Positions 1 through 14,797 are shown, counted from the stretch's first letter. The stretch is DNA of 32,000 nt from Mycobacterium tuberculosis H37Rv (GCF_000195955.2 NC_000962.3:4260001-4292000); one strand, 5' to 3'. Notes: generated from the sequence alone by a model not told the origin. Numbers and translations are program-made.

Positions 1-1146
1 GACCGCGCTGCCGGCGATCACGGCCAGGATCGCGTCGCCGTCGCGGCGGGCGTCGTCGACCCGCTTGAGCACCAGCATGCCGCCGCCTTCGGAGCGGGTG
101 TAGCCGTCGGCGTCGGCTGAGAACGACTTGATCCGGCCGTCGGGCGCCAGCACCGCACCGATCTCGTCGAAACCCAGGGTGACCATCGGTGTGATCAACG
201 CGTTCACCCCGCCGGCGACCACTACGTCGGCCTCGCCGTTGCGCAGCGCCTGCACCCCCTGGTGGATGGCCACCAGCGAACTCGAGCACGCGGTGTCAAT
301 GGTGACCGACGGTCCGTGGAAGTCGTAGAAGTAGGACACCCGGTTGGCGATGATCGAGCTGCTGGTGCCGGTGATCGCATACGGGTGCGCGACCGTCGGG
401 TCCGACACCGCCAGGAAGCTGTAGTCGTTGGTGGAGCTGCCGATGTACACACCGACGGCCTGGCCGCGCAGGCTCGACGCCGGGATGCGGGCGTGCTCGA
501 GCGCCTCCCAGGTCAGCTCCAGCGCCATCCGCTGCTGCGGGTCGATGTTGTCGGCTTCGGTCTTGGCCACCGCGAAGAACTCCGAATCGAAGCCCTTGAT
601 GTCCTTCAGGTAGCCGCCCCGGGTGCGGGCCCCGGCGACCCGCGCGGCCAGCCGCGGCTCTTCGAGGAATTCCGACCAGCGCCCGTCGGGCAGGTCGGTG
701 ATCCCGTCGCGGCCTTCCAGCAGCGCCTGCCAGGTCTGCTCGGGGGTGTTCATCTCGCCCGGGAAGCGGGTGGACAAGCCCACGATCGCGATGTCGACGC
801 GCTCGGCCGGGCCGGTGCGCGACCAGTCTTCGGCGTCATCGCCCGCTAGGTCGGTCTCCGGCTCGCCCTCGATGATCCGGGTGGCCAGCGATTCGATGGT
901 CGGATGCGCGAACGCCACCGCGACCGACAGCGTGACCCCGGTCAGGTCTTCTATGTCGGCGGCCATCGCGACGGCATCGCGCGACGACAGACCCAGCTCC
1001 ACCATGGGCACCGATTCGTCGATCGAGTCCGGTGCCTTTCCGACGGCCTTACCCACCCAGTTGCGCAGCCACTGGCGCATCTCGGGGACCGTTAGCTCGG
1101 CCCTTTCGGCGGGGGCGTTCTCCTGGGATTCCGCTACGTCAGCCAT
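1..1146 (-). CDS. pks13: Polyketide synthase Pks13, N-terminal part (ACP plus start of ketosynthase); truncated by window edge
   Basis: Minus-strand frame open from ATG at 1144-1146 to the window edge: MADVAESQENAPAERAELTVPEMRQWLRNWVGKAVG... ACP motif ELGLSSRD; KS motif VTIDTACSSSLVAIHQGVQALRNGE; lies 6 nt downstream of fadD32. Missing from the ORF track because it runs off the edge. Confidence 0.96.
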   Translation of the reverse strand, partial: MADVAESQENAPAERAELTVPEMRQWLRNWVGKAVGKAPDSIDESVPMVELGLSSRDAVAMAADIEDLTGVTLSVAVAFAHPTIESLATRIIEGEPETDLAGDDAEDWSRTGPAERVDIAIVGLSTRFPGEMNTPEQTWQALLEGRDGITDLPDGRWSEFLEEPRLAARVAGARTRGGYLKDIKGFDSEFFAVAKTEADNIDPQQRMALELTWEALEHARIPASSLRGQAVGVYIGSSTNDYSFLAVSDPTVAHPYAITGTSSSIIANRVSYFYDFHGPSVTIDTACSSSLVAIHQGVQALRNGEADVVVAGGVNALITPMVTLGFDEIGAVLAPDGRIKSFSADADGYTRSEGGGMLVLKRVDDARRDGDAILAVIAGSAV

Positions 1147-1152
1147 GGGTCC

Positions 1153-3066
1153 TCAGTCCGAAGTGGCGAAGACCGTCGGGGAACCCACGCCACTGCGCAG
1201 GCTGCCGTCGAGGTAGGCCGCACGGCAGGCGCGGCGGCCGATCTTGCCGCTGGAGGTTCGCGGAATCGTGCCGGCCGACACCAGCAGGACGTCACGCACG
1301 GTCACCCCATGCCCGACGGCGATGGCCGCCCGGATGTCATCGACGATGGGCTGGTGGTCGAGCTTATGCGTGCCGGCCGCCCGTTCGCCGACGATCACCA
1401 GCTGCTCGGAGGTGTCCTCGGGGTCGAATTTCAGCCCGGCGTGCGAGTCGTCGAACACTGTCTGAGGAAGCTGGTTGGCCGGAACCGAGAAGGCCGCCGC
1501 GTAGCCAACCCGCAACGCCTTGGTCGACTCCTGCGCCGTGCACTCGAGATCCTGTGGGTAGTGATTGCGGCCGTCGATGATGACGAGGTCCTTGATCCGG
1601 CCGGCTATGTAGAGGTGGTCCTTGAAGTAGGTGCCGTAGTCGCCGGTACGCACCCACAGCGCGTCGTCTGGGGCGCCCTCGGCGCGCGACTCGCTGATCC
1701 GCGATTTGAGGATGTTCTTGAAGGTCTGGGCGGACTCTTCTTCTTTGCCCCAATAACCGGTACCCAAGTTGTTGCCGTGCAGCCAGATCTCACCGATCTG
1801 TCCGTCCGGCAGTTCGCTGGCCGTGTCGGCGTCGACGATGACCGCCCATTCGCTGACCCCGACCTTGCCCGCAGAGACCTGGGCGACGGCGTTGGGTGCA
1901 TCGGCGGCCACCTCAACGAACCGCTGGTTGTTCAGCTCGTCGCGGTCCACGTGGATCACGGTGGGCACCTCGTCCATCGGCGTGGTCGAGACGAACAGCG
2001 TGGCCTCCGCTAGCCCATAGGACGGCTTGACGGCGGTCTGCTTCAAACCGTACGGCGCAAATGCTTCGAAGAACTTGCGCATCGACGCCGGCGACACCGG
2101 CTCGCTGCCGTTGAGGATGCCCTTGACGTTGCTCAGGTCCAGCGGCGGCTCGTCGTCTCGAGGCACACCGCGCACCGCGGCGTGTTCGAATGCGAAGTTC
2201 GGCGCCGCAGAGAAGGTGCCACCGGTTTCTCCGGGCTTGCGGGCGAGCTCGCGGATCCAGCGACCGGGCCGCCGCACGAACGCCGCGGGCGTCATAAAGG
2301 TGAAGCTGTGGCCTAGCACCGACGCCAGCAGCACCGTGATCAGACCCATGTCGTGGAAGAACGGGAGCCAGCTGACCCCGCGGTCGCCTTCCTGTCCTTC
2401 CAGGGCATTGAGCACCTGCACCACATTGGTGGGCAGGTTCAGATGGGTGATCTGCACGCCGCTCGGTATGCGGGTGGAACCCGACGTGTACTGCAAGTAC
2501 GCGACGGTTTCCTCGTTGGCCTCGGGCTGCTGCCAGGTGGCGGCGACTTCGGTGGGCACCGCGTCGACGGCAATGACGCGCGGGCGCTCCTTGGCCGATC
2601 GGGCCCGGATGAACTTGCGGACCCCTTCGGCGGAGTCGGTGGTGGTCAGGATCGTCGACGGGGCACAGTCGTCGAGCACCGCGTGTAACCGACCGACGTG
2701 CCCCGGCTCGGCCGGGTCGAACAACGGCACCGCAATGCGGCCGGAGTAGAGGGCGCCGAAGAAGGAGATGAGGTAGTCCAGGTTCTGCGGGCACAGGATG
2801 GCGACGCGGTCACCCGGCTGGGTGACTTGCTGCAGGCGGGCTCCCACCGCACGGTTGCGCGCGCTGAAGTCAGACCACAAGATGTCGCGCGCGACACCGT
2901 CTCGTTCGGTGGAAAAGTCCAGGAACCGGTAGGCCAGCTTGTCGCCACGAACCTTCGCCCACTTTTCGACGTGACGAACCAGGTTGGTGTTGGCTGGGAA
3001 CCTGATCTTTCCATTCACGATGAACGGGTTGTGGTACGCCATCCCACTCTCTCCTGTCACAAACAT
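1153..3066 (-). CDS. fadD32: Long-chain fatty-acyl-AMP ligase FadD32
   Basis: 637 aa ORF; adenylation motif [20 protein letters not shown]-terminal [17 protein letters not shown]; adjacent to pks13. Confidence 0.97.
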
Positions 3067-3354
3067 CTCGGCCGGCTCTGCCGGCGGCCACCGGGTGTCG
3101 GCTCCGCCAACGGGTTACCCGCGCACATCAACCCCTACCGCGCTCACGTCGGCGAACGCAGTTTGCAGCCAGCTTTGACCCGACTGGGTCCTGCACATGC
3201 TCTTAGTTTTCTCTTAATGTTAAGGGCCGGTGCCTGACAGACCAAATCACAAGGTACCGCTGTTCGAGGCCGCCATCAACGTACGCGGGGCGGTGTCGAG
3301 TCGCCCGGTTCATCGGTGGACCGCCGCCTAGCGTCCATCGTCCTCGGGGAAATA

Positions 3355-4365
3355 TCACCTATGTTTGGGGTGGGGCGCATTTTCGATAAGTTGATGCGCC
3401 CAGTTCAACGTCCACTCGGTCGCCGGTTCTCCATCGGAATTCCAGAATTCGGGTGTCGCATACATAGCATGGACCGGCTGGCCGGCGCCGCCGGCCAGGG
3501 TGTTCAGCGTAGTCGGCAAGTTGGCGGGACTGAACGCCTGTGCCGGGGCCGCACAGATCAGGTCGCCCTGGGCGCAGATCTCGTTGGTCCGGCCGTCGAG
3601 CGCACCAAAACCGCCCGGCCGCGGGCCGGTCATAGTCAAACCAAGCCCGGACAACACTGGGACTTCGTGCAGGGTGATCTCGGCGCCTTCGCCGCGCGGG
3701 CTAGGCGGGACCTGATTACCCACCCCCTGCTGACGACGACCGTCGGCGATCAGCGTCACGCCTAGTACTAGGTCCTCGTCCACGGGTCCCCGGCCGTTGC
3801 CGATATCGCTAGCCACGTCGCCCGCGATCACCGCGCCCTGCGAAAACCCGATCAGCACATAGCTGGTCAACGGGCACCTGTTGTTCATATCGGTCATCGC
3901 TGCCACCATCGCGCGGGTGCCCTCTGCCCGGCTGTCGTTGTACGACATCTGATTATCCGTGGTCAGCGGATTGTGGAATTGGGCCGTGTAGGCAACTGTG
4001 TAGGTCTGCACCCGGGCGGGTGCGAATTGCTGGGCGATCGGCCCAGTTACCTTGAGCAGCAACGCCTTCGGAAACTGCACCGGATTCAGTGGGTTCTGCT
4101 GCGGCGATGACTCCCAGGTTCCGGGAACCGAGATCATCTGCACGTCGGGGCAGGACGCATCCTGGAAGGCCGGTCGGGGTTTGTGCGGATGTGCTGGGGT
4201 GGGCCCCGGTGGTAAAACTCCTGGCGGCACCGCGCTGGGCGGCGATTCGGCGCCGCGCAGCATGATCACCACGGCCACGATGACCAGCGCTACGACGGAC
4301 GCCATCGCGCCCGCCGCTATCCAGGCAAGGATTCGGTGGCGCTTACGCCGAGAGTTCTTGGCCAT
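3355..4365 (-). CDS. Membrane-anchored cutinase-like serine esterase/lipase (Rv3802c, Culp6-type)
   Basis: 336 aa; N-terminal hydrophobic segment [25 protein letters not shown]; nucleophile elbow [15 protein letters not shown] (GxSxG); cell-wall cluster context. Confidence 0.93.
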
Positions 4366-4562
4366 GTTCTCCTGCTAACAGAGTCGGTAGCGCACGCGAA
4401 AGGGGTGCACCCGCGCCGCGCGATAGCGCGGCCATCCCGCCCGTTGCCGCACTCCCTCTACGGTACCGGCCCGCTACGCGGCTTCGCCCGAGTCGCGATG
4501 TCGTGCACGTCTGCCGCAAGGATCATCCGATAGCGGCCAGGCAGCTCGCATCGGCACCTGGC

Positions 4563-5462
4563 TTAGCGGATCGCACCGACGATATCGCCCGACATAGCGC
4601 CCAGCTGGGGCGCCCACGAGCCCCAGCCGTTGTCACCGCTGGCTGGGAAGTCGAAGTGTCCGTTGTGCCCGCCGACGCTGCGATACTGGTTGTAGAACAT
4701 GCGGCTGTTACCCATCGCCTCGGCGGCTTGGCCGATCATGGCGGCGGGATCGCTGGCTCCCGGGTTGGTCGGGCTCCACACCCACACCCGGGTGTTGTTT
4801 TGCGCCAGCAGGCTGGCATGCACCCACGGGTCGTGCCACTTCCACCGACCCAGCTGTGGTGCTCCCCACATTCCGTTGGTGTCCACACCGCCGAATTGCT
4901 GCATGCCCGCCGCGATCGCACCGTTGGTGGTGGTGTTCGACGGGTACAAAAAGCCCGACATCGAGCCAGCGAAGCCGAAGCGGTCGGGGTGGAAGGCCGC
5001 CAGCGCCATCGCCCCGTAACCGCCCTGAGCGGCGCCAACGGCCGCATGGCCACCGGGGGCCAAGCCCCGGTTAGCGGCCAGCCAGTCGGGCAGCTCAGCG
5101 GACAAGAAGGTGTCCCACTGCTTGCTGCCATCCTGCTCCCAGTTGGTGTACATGCTGTACGCACCACCGGCCGGTGCCACCACCGAAATCCCCTTGCCCG
5201 CCAACGTGTTCATCGCGTTACCCGCGGTGACCCAGTTACTGACATCCGGGCCGGCGTTGAAGGCGTCCAGCAGATACACCGCGTGCGGCCCACCGGCTAG
5301 GAAGGCCACCGGGATGTCCCGGCCCATCGAGGGCGACGGCACCATCAGGTTCTCGTATGGGGCGGCCTTGGCGGTGGGTTCCGCGGCTACCGCGACACCG
5401 CCCAACCCGAATGACAGTGCGGCAATCCAGAGCGCCCGCAGCAGCGCCGACCGACCCTTCAT
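4563..5462 (-). CDS. fbpD: MPT51/MPB51 antigen, Ag85-related non-catalytic paralogue
   Basis: 299 aa from MKGRSALLRALWIAALSFGLGGVAVAAEP (signal peptide). The ORF track starts 11 codons upstream. Ag85-like fold sequence but GAAQGGYGAMA replaces the GLSM nucleophile elbow. Confidence 0.95.
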   Translation of the reverse strand: MKGRSALLRALWIAALSFGLGGVAVAAEPTAKAAPYENLMVPSPSMGRDIPVAFLAGGPHAVYLLDAFNAGPDVSNWVTAGNAMNTLAGKGISVVAPAGGAYSMYTNWEQDGSKQWDTFLSAELPDWLAANRGLAPGGHAAVGAAQGGYGAMALAAFHPDRFGFAGSMSGFLYPSNTTTNGAIAAGMQQFGGVDTNGMWGAPQLGRWKWHDPWVHASLLAQNNTRVWVWSPTNPGASDPAAMIGQAAEAMGNSRMFYNQYRSVGGHNGHFDFPASGDNGWGSWAPQLGAMSGDIVGAIR

Positions 5463-5582
5463 GTGTCCACCTCCGTCGTGTAAGGCTGTGTGCACCCGGC
5501 GTCAGACCGCCCCGGCCAACCCCTAGCCCGTCAGGTAGCTAACCACACGGCCCGCGGCGGGAGCTAGGGACGGGATTTAGGA

Positions 5583-5627
5583 AACATCTAGCGGCGGCGA
5601 CCACAAGGGTCACCGCCGCTAGATGTT
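5583..5627 (-). terminator. Strong hairpin just downstream of fbpA, candidate intrinsic terminator or 3'-end stabiliser
   Basis: Arm 5583-5602 (aacatctagcggcggcgacc) and arm 5608-5627 (ggtcaccgccgctagatgtt) with 5-nt loop. The only non-Watson-Crick position becomes G-U in the minus-strand RNA. Lies 15 nt beyond the fbpA stop. Confidence 0.7.
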
Positions 5628-5641
5628 GTGTCTGTTCGGAG

Positions 5642-6715
<1,074 letters not shown>

Positions 6716-6952
6716 TTAGGTCAGACTGCAGGCGCTGGGCCCGGCAGTGCTCGTGTAGTCAACCACAACTTCGGGCGTCCACCCGCATCAAGCGCACCGC
6801 CGAAACCCTTATCCGGCGGTCGTTCACGGCCAATTCGGGACCGACGCGACGGCCTGAAGGTGGCATTTCCGCAGTGTCTGGGCATGTGTCGACCGCTAGT
6901 GCCGGCTCAATTGTGATCTTGCTGTCAGTATTGCCCCCGCGCTCATTGCCCC

Positions 6953-8836
6953 TCACTCCCGCGGTGGCGGGCCGGGCCCGTCGGGAACATCGAGCCCACA
7001 CCGGACCAATTCATAGCGCGGAACGCGGTCGATGCGGTAACGGGTGAACTCGTAGGAATGCAACACGTTGGAGAGGAATCGGTGCAGGGTGATCGGGGCG
7101 CGCACAGAATTAAGCACCGCCCGAGTCGCGGGGCATTGCAGGGCCGCTTCGGCTTGCGTGACCCACTGCTGGTCGATGTAGCCGGGAATACCCGGGTACC
7201 ACTTCACCCAGGGTCCGTCGGCGATCACCCAGTCCGGGAACAGATTCTTGTCATGGCCGATACGGGCATGCTTCAGCCGCTCGGTGTGCGCGGCCAATGG
7301 GTTTACCAGCCCGATTTGGTCGATCACCCGGACATCGAGCCCGACGTTCATGCCTAGCATGCCCATGTTGGTGAAAAACACTGCGTGCTGCGGTTTCGGC
7401 GCCGGCTTGCCACCCGGCGCGGTCCCCGACGAGGGCCGGATCATCGGCACCAGGTCCCACTGGTTGTAGTTGCCCGACGGCAATAGCAACGCCCCTTCCG
7501 GGGTGTTGTTGAGCGCTGTAAGCACGGCAGCCATTCGCGGGTAATCGAGGTAGTCCGCGGCGGTCAGCGGATGCGCGTGCCCGGTGGCCTGGGCGTAGAA
7601 GCGGCGCTCGTCGACGATGCCCGAATAGGTGACCCGGGTGGCGTCGTCACCCATGCCCGGCGAGTTTGCCGCCCACAGCGACCAACCCGCGATCCCCAGC
7701 CAGAGCCCGCTGAGCGCGCCGACTAGCCAGCGACCGGTCTCCCGCGAAAAGTCCTTACCGTCGGGCAGCAAAATAGGAATGACCCCCACCGGGGCCAGCA
7801 AACAAAACAGCGGCGCCAGCAACACCCGGCCGTGCATAAAGTCGCCGCCTTGCCGAATCCAGTACAGCGCCTGCAGCACGCCGCTGCCGACGATGAAAGC
7901 CACCACGGCCGGCGGACTTTGCACCGCCCGGGCCACCCGACCGTAGTCGGGTGCCAGCACGGGACGCAGGAACGACGGCCGGCGGCGCGCCGTCATCAAC
8001 AGCAATCCCAGCGGCACCGACAGCACCAACGGCACCCACAGTGCGTACGGCCGGTTGAAGTTCGACACGTAGATCATGCCTTGCGACCACTTGTCGCCCG
8101 CGGCATCCTTGGCCAGCGCGGTACTCGGAACCAGCAGTCCGTAATAGCCCATCCGGAAGATCTGGTAGGCCACCGGCAAGAATCCGCCGGCCAGCACGAT
8201 CAGCACGCGGCGACGCCAGGTCCGCGCGGCGATCAACATCATGATCAGCGCCAGCCCGCCGATCAGCGCGAATTCCGGCCGCACTAGCACGCTGCATCCG
8301 GCGACGAAGGCCAACGCGCCGAGGAACATCTGGCTGTCCGGGCGGGCCCGCAGCGGCTGTGACCAGCAGACCATCATCCACCACAACAGCCCCAGATAGG
8401 CCAACACCAGCCCGCTCTCCAGGCCGGAGGTGGCGAAGTCGCGGGCCGGTGGCACCGCGATATATACCAGCGCCCCGGCCGGAAGCATGATCGCCCGACG
8501 GCCCCGCAGGCTGGGTGCGTACAACCGGCCGGTCCCCAGCATGAGCAGCACCATTCCCAGCAGCGAAAGCACCATGGCCAGGGCCAACGCCACGTACTCC
8601 AGGCGCATCGGCCCGCCCACCCAGCCGCCCACATACAGCAGATACGTCCACGCTGTCGAGGTGTTCGCTTCGACTCGCTCGCCCTGGTTGAAGACCGGTC
8701 CGTTGCCGGCCAATAGGTTGCGTACCGTCCGCAGGACGATCAGTCCGTCGTCAGCGATCCAGCGACGTTGCCAGCTCCCCCAGCCGAACAGCACGGCGAC
8801 CGCCGTCACCGACAGCCACAAGCTGACCCGGACCAT
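6953..8836 (-). CDS. aftB: Terminal beta-(1->2) arabinofuranosyltransferase AftB (GT-C polytopic membrane protein)
   Basis: 627 aa from MVRVSLWLSV (ORF track starts 38 codons upstream); N-terminal loop RRWIADDGLI, many transmembrane segments, arabinogalactan cluster context. Confidence 0.92.
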   Translation of the reverse strand: MVRVSLWLSVTAVAVLFGWGSWQRRWIADDGLIVLRTVRNLLAGNGPVFNQGERVEANTSTAWTYLLYVGGWVGGPMRLEYVALALAMVLSLLGMVLLMLGTGRLYAPSLRGRRAIMLPAGALVYIAVPPARDFATSGLESGLVLAYLGLLWWMMVCWSQPLRARPDSQMFLGALAFVAGCSVLVRPEFALIGGLALIMMLIAARTWRRRVLIVLAGGFLPVAYQIFRMGYYGLLVPSTALAKDAAGDKWSQGMIYVSNFNRPYALWVPLVLSVPLGLLLMTARRRPSFLRPVLAPDYGRVARAVQSPPAVVAFIVGSGVLQALYWIRQGGDFMHGRVLLAPLFCLLAPVGVIPILLPDGKDFSRETGRWLVGALSGLWLGIAGWSLWAANSPGMGDDATRVTYSGIVDERRFYAQATGHAHPLTAADYLDYPRMAAVLTALNNTPEGALLLPSGNYNQWDLVPMIRPSSGTAPGGKPAPKPQHAVFFTNMGMLGMNVGLDVRVIDQIGLVNPLAAHTERLKHARIGHDKNLFPDWVIADGPWVKWYPGIPGYIDQQWVTQAEAALQCPATRAVLNSVRAPITLHRFLSNVLHSYEFTRYRIDRVPRYELVRCGLDVPDGPGPPPRE

Positions 8837-8924
8837 GGGCTCATACGGAAACACCGGCCGACCGACCCGCCCGACCACCGGCCGGCGGGGCAGCACCCCG
8901 ACTGGGAGGACGTTGAGCTTGAGG

Positions 8925-9833
8925 CTAGCCGAAGGCAACAGCGGCCCCAACCGTTGCTATCCACGCCAGCGCCAGCAGCTGCAATACCCGGTCACGCAGC
9001 GCGATATCTTCCGGCTCCCCGGCCAGGCCGCCATCGACGTCCACCGCGTAGCGCAGGATCGCGATGGTGAACGGAATCATCGACACCGCGAACCAGGACC
9101 CGCTGTAGCCGTCGCGCTCGAAAGCCCACAGCCCGTAGCACAAGACCACCGCGGTGGCCGACAACGTCCAGACGAACCGCAGATAGGTGCTGGTGTAGCT
9201 TTCCAGCGACTTGCGGATCGCAGCGCCGGTGCGTTCGGCCAGATGCAGCTCGGCGTAGCGCTTGCCGGCCACCATGAACAGCGAACCGAATGCCATGATC
9301 AGCAAAAACCACTTGGACAGCGGGATTTTGGTGGCCACGCCCCCGGCGATGGCGCGGATCAAATACGCCGACGACACGACGCAGATTTCCACCACCGCTT
9401 GATGCTTGAGACCAAAGCAATACGCCAACTGCATGGCGAGGTAGACGACCATTACCAGCGCCAGGTTCGGGGTCAGCATCCAGGCACCGGCCAGCGATGT
9501 CACTCCCAGTACCACCGCCACGGTGTACGCCAGCCACTCGGGCACCACGCCGGCGGCGATCGGCCGGAACCTTTTGGTGGGGTGCTCCCGGTCTGCCTCG
9601 ACGTCACGCACATCGTTGACGAGGTACACCGCCGAGGCGGCCAGGCTGAACACCACGAAGGCCATCGACACCTTGCTGAGCACCTCGACGTAGTCGTAGC
9701 GGACACCGCCGCCCAACGCGGCCAGCGGCGCGGCCAGCACCAGCACGTTTTTCACCCACTGGCGCGGGCGGATCGCCTTGACCACCCCGGCGACCAGGTT
9801 TGCCGGAGGTTGAGTCACCACATCTTCACTCAT
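8925..9833 (-). CDS. ubiA: Decaprenyl-phosphate 5-phosphoribosyltransferase (UbiA family)
   Basis: 302 aa; UbiA motif NDVRDVEADREHPTKRFRPIAAG; polytopic membrane protein; cluster context. Confidence 0.95.
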   Translation of the reverse strand: MSEDVVTQPPANLVAGVVKAIRPRQWVKNVLVLAAPLAALGGGVRYDYVEVLSKVSMAFVVFSLAASAVYLVNDVRDVEADREHPTKRFRPIAAGVVPEWLAYTVAVVLGVTSLAGAWMLTPNLALVMVVYLAMQLAYCFGLKHQAVVEICVVSSAYLIRAIAGGVATKIPLSKWFLLIMAFGSLFMVAGKRYAELHLAERTGAAIRKSLESYTSTYLRFVWTLSATAVVLCYGLWAFERDGYSGSWFAVSMIPFTIAILRYAVDVDGGLAGEPEDIALRDRVLQLLALAWIATVGAAVAFG

Positions 9834-9839
9834 CCGAGC

Positions 9840-10337
9840 TCATCTCTTCCGGGCCCTTTGCCGGCCCCCGCCGACGCTGTCCACGATGGCCCCGACGGTG
9901 GCGCCCAGAGCAACACCCACGGCCACATCACTGGGGTAGTGGACCCCCAGCAGTATTCGCGACAGCGCCATCGGCGGCACCAGCACAACCGGTAGCGGCA
10001 GCCCGGTGGCTCTGCCCATGAGCAGGGCCGCGGCCGTGGTCGAGGTGGCGTGTGCCGACGGAAAGCTCAGTTGACTTGGCGTGTCCACGTTGACCGCGAT
10101 GGCCGGATGATCCGGCCGCTGACGCCGCACCAGCCGCTTGATCAGCACGGCGATGGCATGGGCGACGAACGCGCCCGCCCCCGCCACAAGCCATTCCCGG
10201 CGGCGCCGTGGCAGGGCTATCGCGCCCAGCAGCGCCAGGATCAGCCAACCGATGCAGTGCTCGCCGAAGTGGGAGAGTCCGCGCGCAGTGGCCAGCATCC
10301 CCGGACGGTCGACCAGCGCCGACTGCACGGCCACCAT
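9840..10337 (-). CDS. PAP2-superfamily membrane phosphatase (Rv3807c)
   Basis: 165 aa from MVAVQSALVDRPG; PAP2 signature KRLVRRQRPDHP ... SFPSAHATS ... SRILLGVHYPSDV. An alternative upstream ATG at 10373 would overlap the glfT2 stop. Confidence 0.88.
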   Translation of the reverse strand: MVAVQSALVDRPGMLATARGLSHFGEHCIGWLILALLGAIALPRRRREWLVAGAGAFVAHAIAVLIKRLVRRQRPDHPAIAVNVDTPSQLSFPSAHATSTTAAALLMGRATGLPLPVVLVPPMALSRILLGVHYPSDVAVGVALGATVGAIVDSVGGGRQRARKR

Positions 10338-10365
10338 CACGGCGACTTCGCCGCGTGGCGCCCGT

Positions 10366-13523
<3,158 letters not shown>

Positions 13524-13738
13524 TCATGGCCCGAACGGGTTTCACCGCAGGTGCGCATGGCCGACCAGTGTGGTTGGCCGGAGGTCGTTTGGTCGCGATT
13601 GCCTCACGATTCGATATAACCACTCTAGTCACATCAACCACACTCGTACCATCGAGCGTGTGGGTTCATGCCATGCACTCGCGACCGCGGGAGCCGGCGA
13701 ACCCGGCGCCACACATAATCCAGATTGAGGAGACTTCC

Positions 13739-14593
13739 GTGCCGAACCGACGCCGACGCAAGCTCTCGACAGCCATGAGCGCGGTCGCCGCCCTGGCAGT
13801 TGCAAGTCCTTGTGCATATTTTCTTGTCTACGAATCAACCGAAACGACCGAGCGGCCCGAGCACCATGAATTCAAGCAGGCGGCGGTGTTGACCGACCTG
13901 CCCGGCGAGCTGATGTCCGCGCTATCGCAGGGGTTGTCCCAGTTCGGGATCAACATACCGCCGGTGCCCAGCCTGACCGGGAGCGGCGATGCCAGCACGG
14001 GTCTAACCGGTCCTGGCCTGACTAGTCCGGGATTGACCAGCCCGGGATTGACCAGCCCGGGCCTCACCGACCCTGCCCTTACCAGTCCGGGCCTGACGCC
14101 AACCCTGCCCGGATCACTCGCCGCGCCCGGCACCACCCTGGCGCCAACGCCCGGCGTGGGGGCCAATCCGGCGCTCACCAACCCCGCGCTGACCAGCCCG
14201 ACCGGGGCGACGCCGGGATTGACCAGCCCGACGGGTTTGGATCCCGCGCTGGGCGGCGCCAACGAAATCCCGATTACGACGCCGGTCGGATTGGATCCCG
14301 GGGCTGACGGCACCTATCCGATCCTCGGTGATCCAACACTGGGGACCATACCGAGCAGCCCCGCCACCACCTCCACCGGCGGCGGCGGTCTCGTCAACGA
14401 CGTGATGCAGGTGGCCAACGAGTTGGGCGCCAGTCAGGCTATCGACCTGCTAAAAGGTGTGCTAATGCCGTCGATCATGCAGGCCGTCCAGAATGGCGGC
14501 GCGGCCGCGCCGGCAGCCAGCCCGCCGGTCCCGCCCATCCCCGCGGCCGCGGCGGTGCCACCGACGGACCCAATCACCGTGCCGGTCGCCTAA
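13739..14593 (+). CDS. erp: Exported repetitive protein Erp/PirG
   Basis: 284 aa from GTG preceded by gaggaga; MPNRRRRKLSTAMSAVAALAVASPCAYFLVY signal sequence; central PGLTS-type repeats; C-terminal Pro/Ala-rich tail. Confidence 0.97.
   Translation: MPNRRRRKLSTAMSAVAALAVASPCAYFLVYESTETTERPEHHEFKQAAVLTDLPGELMSALSQGLSQFGINIPPVPSLTGSGDASTGLTGPGLTSPGLTSPGLTSPGLTDPALTSPGLTPTLPGSLAAPGTTLAPTPGVGANPALTNPALTSPTGATPGLTSPTGLDPALGGANEIPITTPVGLDPGADGTYPILGDPTLGTIPSSPATTSTGGGGLVNDVMQVANELGASQAIDLLKGVLMPSIMQAVQNGGAAAPAASPPVPPIPAAAAVPPTDPITVPVA
14000..14250 (+). repeat. Degenerate 15-nt/5-aa tandem repeats (P[GA]LTS) inside erp
   Basis: GLTGPGLTSPGLTSPGLTSPGLTDPALTSPGLTP ... NPALTNPALTSPTGATPGLTSPTGLDPAL. 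Confidence 0.95.
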
Positions 14594-14797
14594 GCCCCGG
14601 GTCGGCCGAAAACGCACCCGCGGCCAAGGCGTCGGTCATTGCTTCGGCCCGTCACAATTACTCGCCTAAGGGTCGCTAGGTGTTCTCGAGAGTTTTATCG
14701 CACCGATTCCGTGTCGTCTCATTAATACCAATAGAAACACACGTAACATCAGCTGGTGCCGTCCCGCACCCGCGCGCCGACGACGCTGCTCACCGCG

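Noticed and set aside
8430-9995. 521-aa plus-strand ORF antisense to aftB and ubiA
   Set aside because: High-GC shadow ORF. Sequence is Arg/Pro/His-rich low complexity with no domain, and the opposite strand encodes two clear conserved membrane proteins.
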